This document shows positions 1-9,542 of a stretch of DNA of 64,000 bases, piece after piece (position 1 is the stretch's first letter; each line of letters starts with the position of its first letter). Position numbers and translations under genes: made by a program. Source of the stretch: Alphaproteobacteria bacterium (GTDB taxonomy: Bacteria; Pseudomonadota; Alphaproteobacteria; Rs-D84); the NCBI GenBank assembly GCA_015062445.1, contig SUUQ01000003.1:15623-79622 (forward strand), given 5' to 3'. The notes under the pieces were generated by a model, which searched no databases, was not told the DNA's origin, and saw nothing but the letters and a program-made list of their open reading frames with translations.

Positions 1-573
1 GGGCAGGTCACGACGACATGCGTCCAATTTCGTGCCAAACAGCGTGTCTGTGTCGCCCGCACATTTTGTAAAGTCAGATCCACACTTTTCCATCATGCAG
101 GCACGTAAATTCGCATCACACGCATTTTGACCAGATGACAGAGATTTTTTCGTCTGGGTCGCCGCCGCAGTCGATGCATCAAGCGCATCCAACGCCGCAC
201 GTTGTGCACGGATGGCATCTGCCAGGGCGCTGCCGGATGTGTCGGTGCCTGGGGTGTTCGTATTCAGTAATTCGTCAAATTGTGACGATTTGTCTGTGAT
301 AATTGTTTCTGTTTCTGTTTCGGTTTCGTCAGTGTCGCTGATGTCCGTGGATTCTGATTGGGGGGCCGGGTCTGGTTGCGATGTGTCAGATTGGGCAGCG
401 GTGGTGGCCTGGATGCGGGCCGCCATCGTTGGCATGCGTGATGCTGCAACAGATTTGCGTTGGGTGCGGGATACGACCGTCGCCGCATTCGTATCACAAA
501 TGCACAGCAATCCGCACAGGGCGGATATTAATGATGCGGATAAAATATTTTGCGACTTTTTCATCTGTGTGCG
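1..573 (-). CDS. Secreted cysteine-rich protein, member of the paralog family; N-terminal part only, as the gene continues beyond the window start
   Basis: Manual translation of the minus strand from ATG at 571-573 is open to the window edge: MKKSQNILSASLISALCGLLCICDT.. (signal peptide), acidic TDETETETE linker, then NACDANLRACMMEKCGSDFTKC, which matches the C-x2-AY-x2-CMD-x-FC family motif. Absent from the ORF track because it has no stop in the window. Confidence 0.5.
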
Positions 574-579
574 TGCCCC

Positions 580-1443
580 TTAGTCAATCGTGCTGCATGC
601 AATTTCATAGAATTTACACAGCTGGGTTGCCATTGAACGTTCTGATTCATAGCCAGCACCACAGCCGTTCTTCATGTTGTTCTGGCAGACGGTTTCAATA
701 CAGCTGTCACGGGTCGAATTGTCCGTGCAGCCCGATTTTATTTGTGATAACCGCTTTTGACGGGCGGATTTATATGTGTCAACAATCTGGGCCAATATTG
801 TGTCTGCGTTCTTAATCGCATTGTCACGATCCGATATTAACTGTGAACGAATGTCAGACAGATAGTCGTCACAGCCAGTCGTTTCAACACCGCAGGCAGA
901 AAAAAATTTGTCAAAGTCACTGTCCGATTCGCAATTGCGAAAGTTCGCAGTACAGTGCTTGTCAGATATCAAACATGCACGTATGGATGTTGAACACGTT
1001 GTACGTGATTTTGATTGGGCCATCTTGTCCAGTGTTTGATCCAACTGGGCAGAAACACCCGCTGCACGACACGATTGTTCAATTAAGCTGTCATAAGTTT
1101 CAGATACGTCATCGGCAGTGCAACCAGATACCTTTTTTATGCACTGACGGGCCGCCCAGGCATATCGCTGACCAGGGTCAGATGGGGCAGACTTTAATTC
1201 CTTGTCCGATATGTTGTATTTGGCAGATGCACCAACCGATACAGATCGCATGCCAGTCTTGGGCGGTGTCCCAGCCCCAGATGTGCCACAATACTGGCAC
1301 CGGGCAGATGGATTCGATGATACGTTTATCGCACATACAGAATCAAGACAACGCGTCAAATTCGCACGTGAACATGTGGGCGCAGCATTGGCACCACTGA
1401 ATATCAACAGGATTGGTAATAAAAATAATGTGTGTGTTTTCAT
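580..1443 (-). CDS. Secreted cysteine-rich protein (paralog family), 287 aa
   Basis: Signal peptide MKTHTLFLLPILLIFSGANA and about 30 Cys. The motif C-x-SDKHCTANFRNC matches CIADKGGCGANFENC in the 42837 paralog. Confidence 0.6.
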   Translation of the reverse strand: MKTHTLFLLPILLIFSGANAAPTCSRANLTRCLDSVCAINVSSNPSARCQYCGTSGAGTPPKTGMRSVSVGASAKYNISDKELKSAPSDPGQRYAWAARQCIKKVSGCTADDVSETYDSLIEQSCRAAGVSAQLDQTLDKMAQSKSRTTCSTSIRACLISDKHCTANFRNCESDSDFDKFFSACGVETTGCDDYLSDIRSQLISDRDNAIKNADTILAQIVDTYKSARQKRLSQIKSGCTDNSTRDSCIETVCQNNMKNGCGAGYESERSMATQLCKFYEIACSTID

Positions 1444-1580
1444 ATTCTCTCTGTCAGGGGTATTATATCAAAAAATCAGTGGAACTGCAAAGAGAAAAAC
1501 CGAAAAACAAATCGGTTGACAAATCGCTTCTGTTTGTCTATGATTGTGCGTAGAGTTTAATTAAATAAAAGGATTTTAAT

Positions 1581-2279
1581 ATGGCAACTGGTTCCAGAAA
1601 ATGGTGGATTGTACATACTGCAGCAGGTGTTGCGGCGGTACTGTTGATGGTTTTTGGCGTTTCACAATGCAGTAATAAAAATGCAGAACGCAGTGAAAAT
1701 GATGATTTGAAAAAATCTGTTGTTCGGTCCAGTGCTGCACTGGATTCCGCCAGGGCAACTGTCGAACGGGTTCGTAATGTAAATGAATATCTGGTTCGCG
1801 ATAATCGCGCCAAGGCAGATACAATAAAAATGCAACGTGATTCAATTATCGTGCTGAATGATTCACTGGATGTGGTGAATAAAAAGCTGGTGGATTGCCG
1901 TAATTCTAAAAAGAAAAAGCAGGTGCCAGTGAAAACAAAGCCACAGCCAAAACCAGTGGTAAAGCCACAGCCAGCAAAACCGCAGCCAAAAGATACTGTT
2001 GTGATTGTTCTGGATAATACAAAAAAGTGCAATGATGATGTAAGGGTTGAACTGGATAATTCAAAAAATTCAGGAAATATCGTTGTTTCAAAAAATCCAT
2101 GCCAGGGAACAGAAGTGGTATTGAAAAATGGGGCGGTTAATAACGGTAATATCGTTGTCGGTGATAATAATAATGTTGTTATCAATAATAATGTTATCGC
2201 AGATACACTGAACCAGATGAAACAACACCAGGCAGCATATGGATATATCCGTGTAAAACGTGTATATCGTGTAAAATAA
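1581..2279 (+). CDS. Membrane-anchored hypothetical protein with coiled coil and Pro/Lys-rich linker
   Basis: N-terminal TM helix, a KPQPKPVVKPQPAKPQPK linker, and an Asn/Val-rich C-terminus. An RBS-like sequence lies upstream. Confidence 0.5.
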   Translation: MATGSRKWWIVHTAAGVAAVLLMVFGVSQCSNKNAERSENDDLKKSVVRSSAALDSARATVERVRNVNEYLVRDNRAKADTIKMQRDSIIVLNDSLDVVNKKLVDCRNSKKKKQVPVKTKPQPKPVVKPQPAKPQPKDTVVIVLDNTKKCNDDVRVELDNSKNSGNIVVSKNPCQGTEVVLKNGAVNNGNIVVGDNNNVVINNNVIADTLNQMKQHQAAYGYIRVKRVYRVK

Positions 2280-2396
2280 GTATGTTTTGTTAATGTCGTC
2301 AGTGGCCCATTGTATATGGGCCTTTTTTTGTGCTTTTTTTGGCTGGACATAGAAAAGTATTTTGTGCTAGGATTTGTTTGTACAGAGAGAATATAT

Positions 2397-5300
2397 ATGA
2401 AATTTGTTAGAATTTTAATCTTTTCATTGTTTTTGATGCCGGTGGCTTCGTTCGCGGCAGGCAGTGATTTTATGTTGGCTGCACAATTGTTGGCCGCCGC
2501 CAAGGCAGCAGATATACAACAGGTGCAAAGCTTGGTTAATAATGGGGCTGATGTGAACTTTGTTGATTCAACAGGTGTTTCAATCGTTTGTACGGCCTTG
2601 ATGAATAATGATGTGCGGGCGGCACAAATACTGCAGATGTATGGGGCGGATGCGTCACAATGCGATCGGCAGATAAAACAATATAATAAAAAAAATAAAC
2701 CAAAAACAGATTCTGGGGGATTGTTCAGTGGACTGTCGTCCGCCCAGGGGATTGCATTAGCGGCGGCGGGGGCCGCCGTTGTCGTAGGTGGATTGTTCTT
2801 GCTGACCGATGTGCTGGATCCGGGAAATGATAACGATTCGGGATCGGCTGGTGGTGACAGACCAAACAATAATCCTGATAATGGTGAAGGGGGGGGCGGG
2901 GCATCAAACGAAGCGTTCGCAAAATTGCCGTATGGGCCAGCATGTGACCCAGTAACAGGCGTGTGTAATAATGTTAATGACTGGAGCCCCAGTGGTGATT
3001 CTGTGCGGGCACAAGATTTCGCCGTGATGAAACCATGGAACTATTTGTTGATGACGTTTGCATATAATGCCTTGGCGCGTGGTTATTTGGGGCAGGATAC
3101 GGTTCGTATCACGTCTGATAAAACACCGTATGATTTGGGGGATTTGCCATGGGTCGGTGATGCGCCAGGTGGCGGGCAACCCGTAAATGTCGCAATTATT
3201 ACTGAAAATGGTGTGAACCCAAGTGGCAGTTTGGCAGATGGTTATATCGATTGGGTGGATGAAAGTCAGATTAATCGTGTGCAATCTGTGTGTAAACAGT
3301 ATGGCAGTGCACCAACAAACTGCAAGGATGCGCTGGCAAATGCTACAAAAATTTCGCGCAAGTTTGCAAATCGTACAAATATGAACGATTTAAATGATGT
3401 CAGCGAACAGGCAAAGTATGATTTTTCAGGACATGGGACTGTATTTGGTGATGCCAGCGCATTAGAGAGTTTGACCGGCAAGGTTGTCGCAGGTTGGGAA
3501 TATGGTGGTCGGGCAACAGGCGATTTTTATGGTTTCGTGCCAAATGGCACTTTGGCGGTATTTCGTACAGGTGGTGGATGGGGCGTTGATGTAAATGTTG
3601 GGACTGTTACACATGCAGTTGATGCCAGTGCATGGACGGTTGATGATACGTTTACTGTTGCAGGTACTACATATAAAATTACCGAGCTGGCAGATGGTGC
3701 TTTTTCGGCTGTGAATGTGGCGGATGAAACACAGGTGTTGGCTGGGAAGCAAAATGGATTGGTGCTGAATTTCAATGTTAATGATGTTCAATATGAAGCA
3801 GATTTTAATGGTGCTGTTAATTCCTTAAAACAAATTGATGTTATGAATTATTCGGCAATGCTGGCCGCTGCCCAAGACAAGGTTGATGGTGCGGCGCTGT
3901 CGGGGGTGATTGCAAATATTGCACAAAATCCACAGTCGACAAATGCAAATTACTTGAATTTGAACGGTATTGCAAATCTGGTGGTGGTGGGAAGTACAGA
4001 TGCGGACAAGAAATCTATATATGCGGCGGCAATCGATACATACTATGATTTGGACAAGTCGAATAACGATACTGTTAATACACAGGGGGATGATGCAGAT
4101 GAGTTGTATGAATATCTGGGGAATAATCAAGAACAAATAATTGTCAATTCTGTTGGTGCGTACAAAGTCGGAATTGGTGAAGGAATGTCGACAGAAACAC
4201 TGGTCGCAACATTTGAAAATTATGCGCCGTTGTTGTATCCAAATATGGAACATTTGTTTGCATCTGTGGTGGCTGTGCAAACACAAAAGGGGACATCTGC
4301 TATCAGTTCAATTTCAAGTTATTCTGGACCAAATTCAACAACAGGAAAAATCCAGTTGTCGCAATGGAATGGCTTTTCTTCGCGTAAATGTGGAACGGCG
4401 GGATTGGCAGTAAATGGGGTTGACCCGTGGTGCTTTGCAGCGCCTGGAGTTAACAGCGAGACGGCAGTGGCGGCAATGGCTGGTGGAATTGCAACTGTGC
4501 AGACCGCGTTTTCATACCTGAGTAATAAAGAAGTATTTGCCTTGTTGGCATTGACAGCGGATGGGGCATACCTGGGGACCAATCCATCCACTGGACGTGC
4601 GTGGGCAGACCAGGCGGAATTGGTGTCCTATTTACAGGGGAAATATCAGTTGCCAGCCGATTCGTATTATGTGTCAAATTCAGAATATTTGGATGCGTTC
4701 AAAGATGTCTTTGGATATGGGCTGATTAATTTGGAACGGGCAACACGACCAGGAACAACAATCTATTATTATGATGGAAATAATATTGTGTCTGGGGATG
4801 GTAATGCGTACTGGCGTGCGGCAACGAATACAGTGTTTCGTGGTTCGTCTGTGTTGAATCTGCGTGGTGCGGAAATAAATGTGCCGTTCTTTGATGTATT
4901 AAGCAGTGTTGATGGAGAAATGGTATTGCCACGTGTCTGGAATAATCATATCAGTTTGGGAAATGCTGATGAGCGGGGATTGTATATGGGGGATGTTCTG
5001 GGGGAATTGCAGACCAAAAAAAGTGTGGCAAATCGTACCAAGATTGGAAGTCTTGGGGTGAAAATGTCGTTCGCACAGCGGTCGTATGATGATAATATGA
5101 ACGGGTTAGATAACCTGGTGATAGAGTTTGATGCCGGAAAGTGGGATTTCGCAGCGTCATATCAGCACCATTTAACAGACGGTGCATCACAATTTGATGG
5201 TTTGGCCAATCCAGTATTGGCCATGGCATCAAATGCAGTTGTTTCTGATGTGATGTATCGTTCTGGAAAATGGATGCTGGGCGGACGGGTGTTTTCCGGG

Positions 5301-5984
5301 ACAGTTACTGATGAAGGTTTGATGGAAAATGATCCAACAATTGCATCGCAATATATGCCCGCAACATTGGGACTGATGCGGGGGGGGCAATCAATGCTAA
5401 AATGGAGCAATAGTCGTTTTGACTTTGTGACAGCGGTTGGTGCAGTTAATGAAACAGATACTTTGTTGGGGGCATATTCGGATGGATTGTTCAATCTGGG
5501 CAATGGAAATACGATGTATGTTGATGCGTTGGCAATGTATCGTGTGTCTGATTCTGTTGATTTTACAGCACGGGCAACATTTGCACGTACGGACACGGAT
5601 GCAAATGGTCAATTTGTTATGGGGATGTCAGATATTGAGTCTAATGCCTTTGCAATTGGTGCGAATGTTGGAAAATGGGAATTGACTGTGGCACAGCCGC
5701 TGGCGATAACAAATGGTTCTGTTAATTATGCAACAGCGGATTATGATGTTGTCAAGGTTGATGACTATAAATATGATTTGGTTGTAAATGATACAGGTGT
5801 CAAAGTGTTGGATTTGAGCCCGGAGAAACGAGAATTGCGCATTTCGGGAACATATCGCCATAATTTCGGCGAATTTACGGATGCGGCATTTGGATTCATT
5901 TATCGGATAAATCCAAATCATACAGATGAGTTTGGAAATGAATCGATATTTATGCTTAAGATGACACATCGATTGGGAATATAA
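2397..5984 (+). CDS. Large envelope protein: signal/TM, ankyrin repeat, Gly-rich region, possible degenerate subtilase-like region, beta-rich C-terminal domain
   Basis: Start moved to the internal ATG at 2397 (MKFVRILIFSLFLMPVASFAAG signal, preceded by agagag). Ankyrin-like AAKAADIQQVQSLVNNGADVN, a TM helix GIALAAAGAAVVVGGLFLL, S8-like remnants GHGT and GYGLINLERA, and a 300-aa beta-strand-rich C-terminus. Confidence 0.55.
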   Translation: MKFVRILIFSLFLMPVASFAAGSDFMLAAQLLAAAKAADIQQVQSLVNNGADVNFVDSTGVSIVCTALMNNDVRAAQILQMYGADASQCDRQIKQYNKKNKPKTDSGGLFSGLSSAQGIALAAAGAAVVVGGLFLLTDVLDPGNDNDSGSAGGDRPNNNPDNGEGGGGASNEAFAKLPYGPACDPVTGVCNNVNDWSPSGDSVRAQDFAVMKPWNYLLMTFAYNALARGYLGQDTVRITSDKTPYDLGDLPWVGDAPGGGQPVNVAIITENGVNPSGSLADGYIDWVDESQINRVQSVCKQYGSAPTNCKDALANATKISRKFANRTNMNDLNDVSEQAKYDFSGHGTVFGDASALESLTGKVVAGWEYGGRATGDFYGFVPNGTLAVFRTGGGWGVDVNVGTVTHAVDASAWTVDDTFTVAGTTYKITELADGAFSAVNVADETQVLAGKQNGLVLNFNVNDVQYEADFNGAVNSLKQIDVMNYSAMLAAAQDKVDGAALSGVIANIAQNPQSTNANYLNLNGIANLVVVGSTDADKKSIYAAAIDTYYDLDKSNNDTVNTQGDDADELYEYLGNNQEQIIVNSVGAYKVGIGEGMSTETLVATFENYAPLLYPNMEHLFASVVAVQTQKGTSAISSISSYSGPNSTTGKIQLSQWNGFSSRKCGTAGLAVNGVDPWCFAAPGVNSETAVAAMAGGIATVQTAFSYLSNKEVFALLALTADGAYLGTNPSTGRAWADQAELVSYLQGKYQLPADSYYVSNSEYLDAFKDVFGYGLINLERATRPGTTIYYYDGNNIVSGDGNAYWRAATNTVFRGSSVLNLRGAEINVPFFDVLSSVDGEMVLPRVWNNHISLGNADERGLYMGDVLGELQTKKSVANRTKIGSLGVKMSFAQRSYDDNMNGLDNLVIEFDAGKWDFAASYQHHLTDGASQFDGLANPVLAMASNAVVSDVMYRSGKWMLGGRVFSGTVTDEGLMENDPTIASQYMPATLGLMRGGQSMLKWSNSRFDFVTAVGAVNETDTLLGAYSDGLFNLGNGNTMYVDALAMYRVSDSVDFTARATFARTDTDANGQFVMGMSDIESNAFAIGANVGKWELTVAQPLAITNGSVNYATADYDVVKVDDYKYDLVVNDTGVKVLDLSPEKRELRISGTYRHNFGEFTDAAFGFIYRINPNHTDEFGNESIFMLKMTHRLGI

Positions 5985-6016
5985 AAAATCCCCAGAAATG
6001 GGGGATTTGTTTTTTT
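5984..6016. terminator. Bidirectional rho-independent terminator between convergent genes
   Basis: AATCCCCagaaaTGGGGGATT hairpin flanked by A and T runs. Confidence 0.5.
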
Positions 6017-6018
6017 CA

Positions 6019-7419
6019 TTATTTTTTGTAATACCGTTGGACTTCGTTCATTACAAAATTAAACAGTTTGCCGGCCTGGGTGGTGGCAGGCATCGCCCAG
6101 TCATGTTGCATATATGGCATGGCTGCAACCAATATAAAACGTGCCATAAAATGGAATATGCGGTTTTCCTGGTGCTTGGACAATTTAACAGGGGCATTGG
6201 AAACACGAAATACTTCGTTTTCAATTGCATCGTCCAGTTTTTCATTTATGTTGTCCAGAATTTTTTGTGGATAGTACAGTTTGCATTCTTTTGGAAAACC
6301 TTCGAACATGGATGCGGCATCCCCCTGGGAATACAGCAGATTCCAGCCAACACGATCAAACAAATCTTCCAGGCATTGGCATATCATGCGATTGTATGCC
6401 TTGACCCCGTCTTCATAATAGTCGGCCAGTTTTGCTTCTAGTCGGTCTGACTTTTTGGATTTGTTCTTGCGTGCCGTTTCGTATACGTCGTGTGTTTTGT
6501 TTTCAAATTCAAAGAACGTACGTACCTGGCATATAATTTCCATCGGAATTATGTGGTCTGCGTTTGGGCCAATGTTCAAGATAATCTTGGCATCACGATA
6601 ATTACGTGGGTTCTTCATGTTATAAAAACTGTCACGGACAGATAATATGCGGTCAGGCATCATGGCCTGGATGCGTTCAATAAATGTACGTGCCTGGGGA
6701 ATCAGGTCAAACAGGCATTTTACGCGCCAGACATCCTGCAGTCGCATGCGTGGACGGGCAACCTGATCCAGGGCACGTACCAAGTCAACAGCAATCTTTT
6801 CATGGCCAGATCCAATAATGGATAAAACTGTTTCAGATGGTGTAGAAATGTACCGTTCATTCAATTTTTCACGTATTTTGGTGGCAATGGCATGGGCGGA
6901 TGCTTCCCGTTCGTGAGATGCGATAACACGGTATACTGTATCGGATACTTCGTCGACGTATGATGCATAGTATTTGCCAGTGATTTTATCCAGTGCACGG
7001 TCTATTTTCTTTTGTGCACCAACAATAACAGTTACAATTGACGATACAGCCAGGTCAATTTTATGGCCTGCAGAACTGGTGAAAAATTGATTTCGCATCG
7101 GGTCTGCGTCCAGACGATGATTTACAACGTATGGTGACAATGGGTTCAAATCTGCAATACGAATCGGTTCGTCAATCGCACTGTCTGTGGCATAGTCGTA
7201 TTTCATAACTGCTGCCTTGGGGGCACCAAAGCATTTGCCCAGAACATAGAAAACCTCGTGGAACCAGTGTAGACTGTCCGAATACAGGATTTTCAAATAT
7301 TCGGCCGCTTCTTCGTTTATCCGACCGTCTGCAACGGCACGGGCAATCGCCGCCAAATTATGGCGGTCGTTATCTGCAGAAATATCGTGGGCCCAATTTT
7401 CAGACCCGATTAAAGACAT
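6019..7419 (-). CDS. RelA/SpoT-homolog (RSH) synthetase-like nucleotidyltransferase protein, 466 aa; candidate small alarmone synthetase or toxSAS-like protein
   Basis: Central region matches the order of RSH synthetase motifs. RPRMRLQDVWRVK compares with RelA GREKHVYSIWRKM. DLIPQARTFI compares with DVRAVRIV. FYNMKNPRNYRDAKIIL compares with DYVANPKPNGYQSIHTVV. GPNADHIIPMEIICQVRTFFEFENKTHDVYE compares with GPGGKTVEIQIRT..AAHWKYK. No HD hydrolase motif was seen. Confidence 0.55.
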   Translation of the reverse strand: MSLIGSENWAHDISADNDRHNLAAIARAVADGRINEEAAEYLKILYSDSLHWFHEVFYVLGKCFGAPKAAVMKYDYATDSAIDEPIRIADLNPLSPYVVNHRLDADPMRNQFFTSSAGHKIDLAVSSIVTVIVGAQKKIDRALDKITGKYYASYVDEVSDTVYRVIASHEREASAHAIATKIREKLNERYISTPSETVLSIIGSGHEKIAVDLVRALDQVARPRMRLQDVWRVKCLFDLIPQARTFIERIQAMMPDRILSVRDSFYNMKNPRNYRDAKIILNIGPNADHIIPMEIICQVRTFFEFENKTHDVYETARKNKSKKSDRLEAKLADYYEDGVKAYNRMICQCLEDLFDRVGWNLLYSQGDAASMFEGFPKECKLYYPQKILDNINEKLDDAIENEVFRVSNAPVKLSKHQENRIFHFMARFILVAAMPYMQHDWAMPATTQAGKLFNFVMNEVQRYYKK

Positions 7420-7440
7420 TTTTTGCCCCCTGATGGATGT

Positions 7441-8916
7441 TTATTTCATTATTGGAAACAGGATGACGTCACGTAATGTGGGTTGGTCAAAGATAATGCT
7501 GGCCAGACGGTCAACACCAACACCAACACCGGAAATCGGCGGAAATCCGTGTTCCATCGCACGTACAAAATCATTGTCTGGGTTAAAGGCCTCTTCGTCA
7601 CCATCGGCAATGTTTTTCGCCTGTTCTTCGAATGCAGCCAATTGCTGGATAGGGTTCACAAGTTCTGAATACCCCTTGCAAATTTCTGCACCGCATACCA
7701 ATAACTGGTACATGTCAATACGACGTTCGTCTGTGTCATTGCGACGGGCCAGTGGTACCATGTATGCAGGATAGTTGTACAGGAATGTCGGATTTACAAT
7801 GTTGTTGCGTATCTTGCGTTTGTAGACATAGTCAACCAAGGCGGGAATGGATTTCAAATCTTCCAGTTCCGACATTGGGAACATGCCGGCATCAACCAGT
7901 TTTTGACGTAGTACGTTGACGTCATCAAAGTCCAGGATGTCACAACCAAAGAATTCATTCATCTTGGCGGTGTAGTTAATCATTTCGTATGATGAAAAGT
8001 CCAGCTGGGTTCCCTGGTATTCAATCTGTAATGTGCCACGGCACTTGGTCAATAATTCTTGAATCAGGTCCCAGGTGAATTTGATGTTGTCATTGAAATC
8101 CCAATAGGCAGCATACCATTCCACCATGGAAAATTCTTGCAGGTGCATCGCATCCATACCTTCGTTACGGAAATCCTTGGCAACTTCGTATACACGGTCA
8201 AAACCTGCGCCAATCGCCATCTTTAGGAATAATTCAGGCGAAATGCGTAACTGAAAATCTGCGTCCAGGGCATTGTGGTGGGTCGTAAATGGACGGGCCG
8301 CCGCACCAGATGCAATATTCTGCATAATTGGGGTTTCGATTTCCATAAAACCGTGGTTGTTCATGAAGTCGCGCCAGTATTGCATCATCTGGAATCTGCC
8401 CAATAATGCGTTGCGGGATTCTGGATTAGAGATAATGTCCAAATAACGTTGACGATATCTGGTTTCCATGTCTGTCAGACCATGATACTTTTCAGGCAGT
8501 GGACGTAGGGCCTTGGACAAAATTTCATAGTTCGATACACGTACGGTTAATTCGCCCGCAGTTGTGTGATACAGTTCGCCAGTGATGCCAATAAAGTCAC
8601 CCATGTCAACGTTGGCTTTCATAAATTTATAATTGTCTTCGCCCAGTTCTTCACGTGACATCGAAAATTGAATTTCGCCATTGATGTCATAGATGCGACC
8701 AAACATCAATTTGCCCAACCAACGCAGCGCAGTTACACGACCCGCCAAACGTACGGGGGTGCCATCTGATAAATTGCGGGATTGTGAAATTGTGTGAGTG
8801 CGGTCAAATTTATCTTTCCAGACAACGCCATCACGGGCACGAATGTTTTCTGCCTTTTGCAAACGTGCGGTTAATTCGTTTGTTGAAATTGGTGTGTTGT
8901 TTGTTTTTTCTGACAT
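7441..8916 (-). CDS. lysS: Lysyl-tRNA synthetase, class II
   Basis: 491 aa with class II motifs FRNEGMDAMHLQEFSMVEWY and a C-terminal GGVGVGVDRLASIIFDQPTLRDVILFP typical of LysRS. Confidence 0.9.
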   Translation of the reverse strand: MSEKTNNTPISTNELTARLQKAENIRARDGVVWKDKFDRTHTISQSRNLSDGTPVRLAGRVTALRWLGKLMFGRIYDINGEIQFSMSREELGEDNYKFMKANVDMGDFIGITGELYHTTAGELTVRVSNYEILSKALRPLPEKYHGLTDMETRYRQRYLDIISNPESRNALLGRFQMMQYWRDFMNNHGFMEIETPIMQNIASGAAARPFTTHHNALDADFQLRISPELFLKMAIGAGFDRVYEVAKDFRNEGMDAMHLQEFSMVEWYAAYWDFNDNIKFTWDLIQELLTKCRGTLQIEYQGTQLDFSSYEMINYTAKMNEFFGCDILDFDDVNVLRQKLVDAGMFPMSELEDLKSIPALVDYVYKRKIRNNIVNPTFLYNYPAYMVPLARRNDTDERRIDMYQLLVCGAEICKGYSELVNPIQQLAAFEEQAKNIADGDEEAFNPDNDFVRAMEHGFPPISGVGVGVDRLASIIFDQPTLRDVILFPIMK

Positions 8917-9079
8917 TTTATTTTGACCTTGTGTTTTTTGTTAAAAAAAACGGGTGCAGAAAGTGCGCCCGTCAGTGTTTGCTGATGGTCGCACATTTTA
9001 ATTGAAACGTTTAATACAATTTTTCATTGTTATTGGTGCACCCTGGTTTTTGTATAAAACCGCCACAAGGGCGGTTTCG

Positions 9080-9135
9080 AATTCTGGTGCGAGCAAAGGG
9101 GCTCGAACCCTCGACCTCAACCTTGGCAAGGTTGC
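9080..9135. repeat. attL: 56-bp direct repeat, a displaced copy of the 3' ~51 nt of tRNA-Gly plus 5 nt
   Basis: aattctggtgcgagcaaaggggctcgaaccctcgacctcaaccttggcaaggttgc is identical to 38461-38516. Confidence 0.65.
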
Positions 9136-9272
9136 CGCTTTGTCGCTGTGTTTTACACTACTTGCCTGATATAATGCCCGCATTTCCGCCAAAAGTCAAG
9201 AATAAATTTAGCATCAAAAAAAATATTTTTTTATTTTTGTGTCATTTTTGTGTCATATATGTATTTTTTTAC

Positions 9273-9301
9273 TTGACTGTGTGTATTATTGTGTGTATAA
9301 T
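9273..9301 (+). promoter_or_regulatory. Sigma70-like promoter for hicAB
   Basis: TTGACT, a 17-nt spacer, then TATAAT, about 25 nt upstream of hicA. Confidence 0.4.
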
Positions 9302-9325
9302 TATATCATAAAGAAAGGCAAAGAT

Positions 9326-9514
9326 ATGAACTATAGCAGTAAAGACCTGATAAAAATGATAGAACAAGATGGCTGGACATTGGTTAATACAACGGGCAGT
9401 CATCATAAATACAAGCACCCGTCAAAGCCTGGACAAGTGATAATCCCGCATCCACGCAAAGACATACCAAAGGGAACGGCAAACGCAATAAAAAAACAGG
9501 CAGGATTGAAATAA
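9326..9514 (+). CDS. hicA: HicA mRNA interferase toxin
   Basis: 62 aa from the internal ATG with an aaagaaagg RBS. Shows GWTLVNTTGSHHKYKHP...IPHPRKDIPKGTANAIKKQAGL, the HicA signature. Confidence 0.8.
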   Translation: MNYSSKDLIKMIEQDGWTLVNTTGSHHKYKHPSKPGQVIIPHPRKDIPKGTANAIKKQAGLK

Positions 9515-9542
9515 TCCTGCCCCCAACAAAAAAGGATAGACC

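Noticed and set aside
212-1400. Plus-strand ORFs 212-583, 381-815 and 843-1400
   Set aside because: They lie antisense to the two secreted Cys-rich genes, which have signal peptides and conserved paralog motifs. They show no independent support.
1538-2869. 443-aa minus-strand ORF
   Set aside because: It lies antisense across two well-supported plus-strand genes (1581-2279 and the start of 2397-5984). Its product is low-complexity with no signal or motifs, so it is most likely a spurious long ORF.
8998-9311. ORFs 8998-9192 (-) and 9027-9311 (+)
   Set aside because: They span the attL repeat, the terminators and the hicA promoter, with no RBS or conservation, so the region is taken as non-coding.
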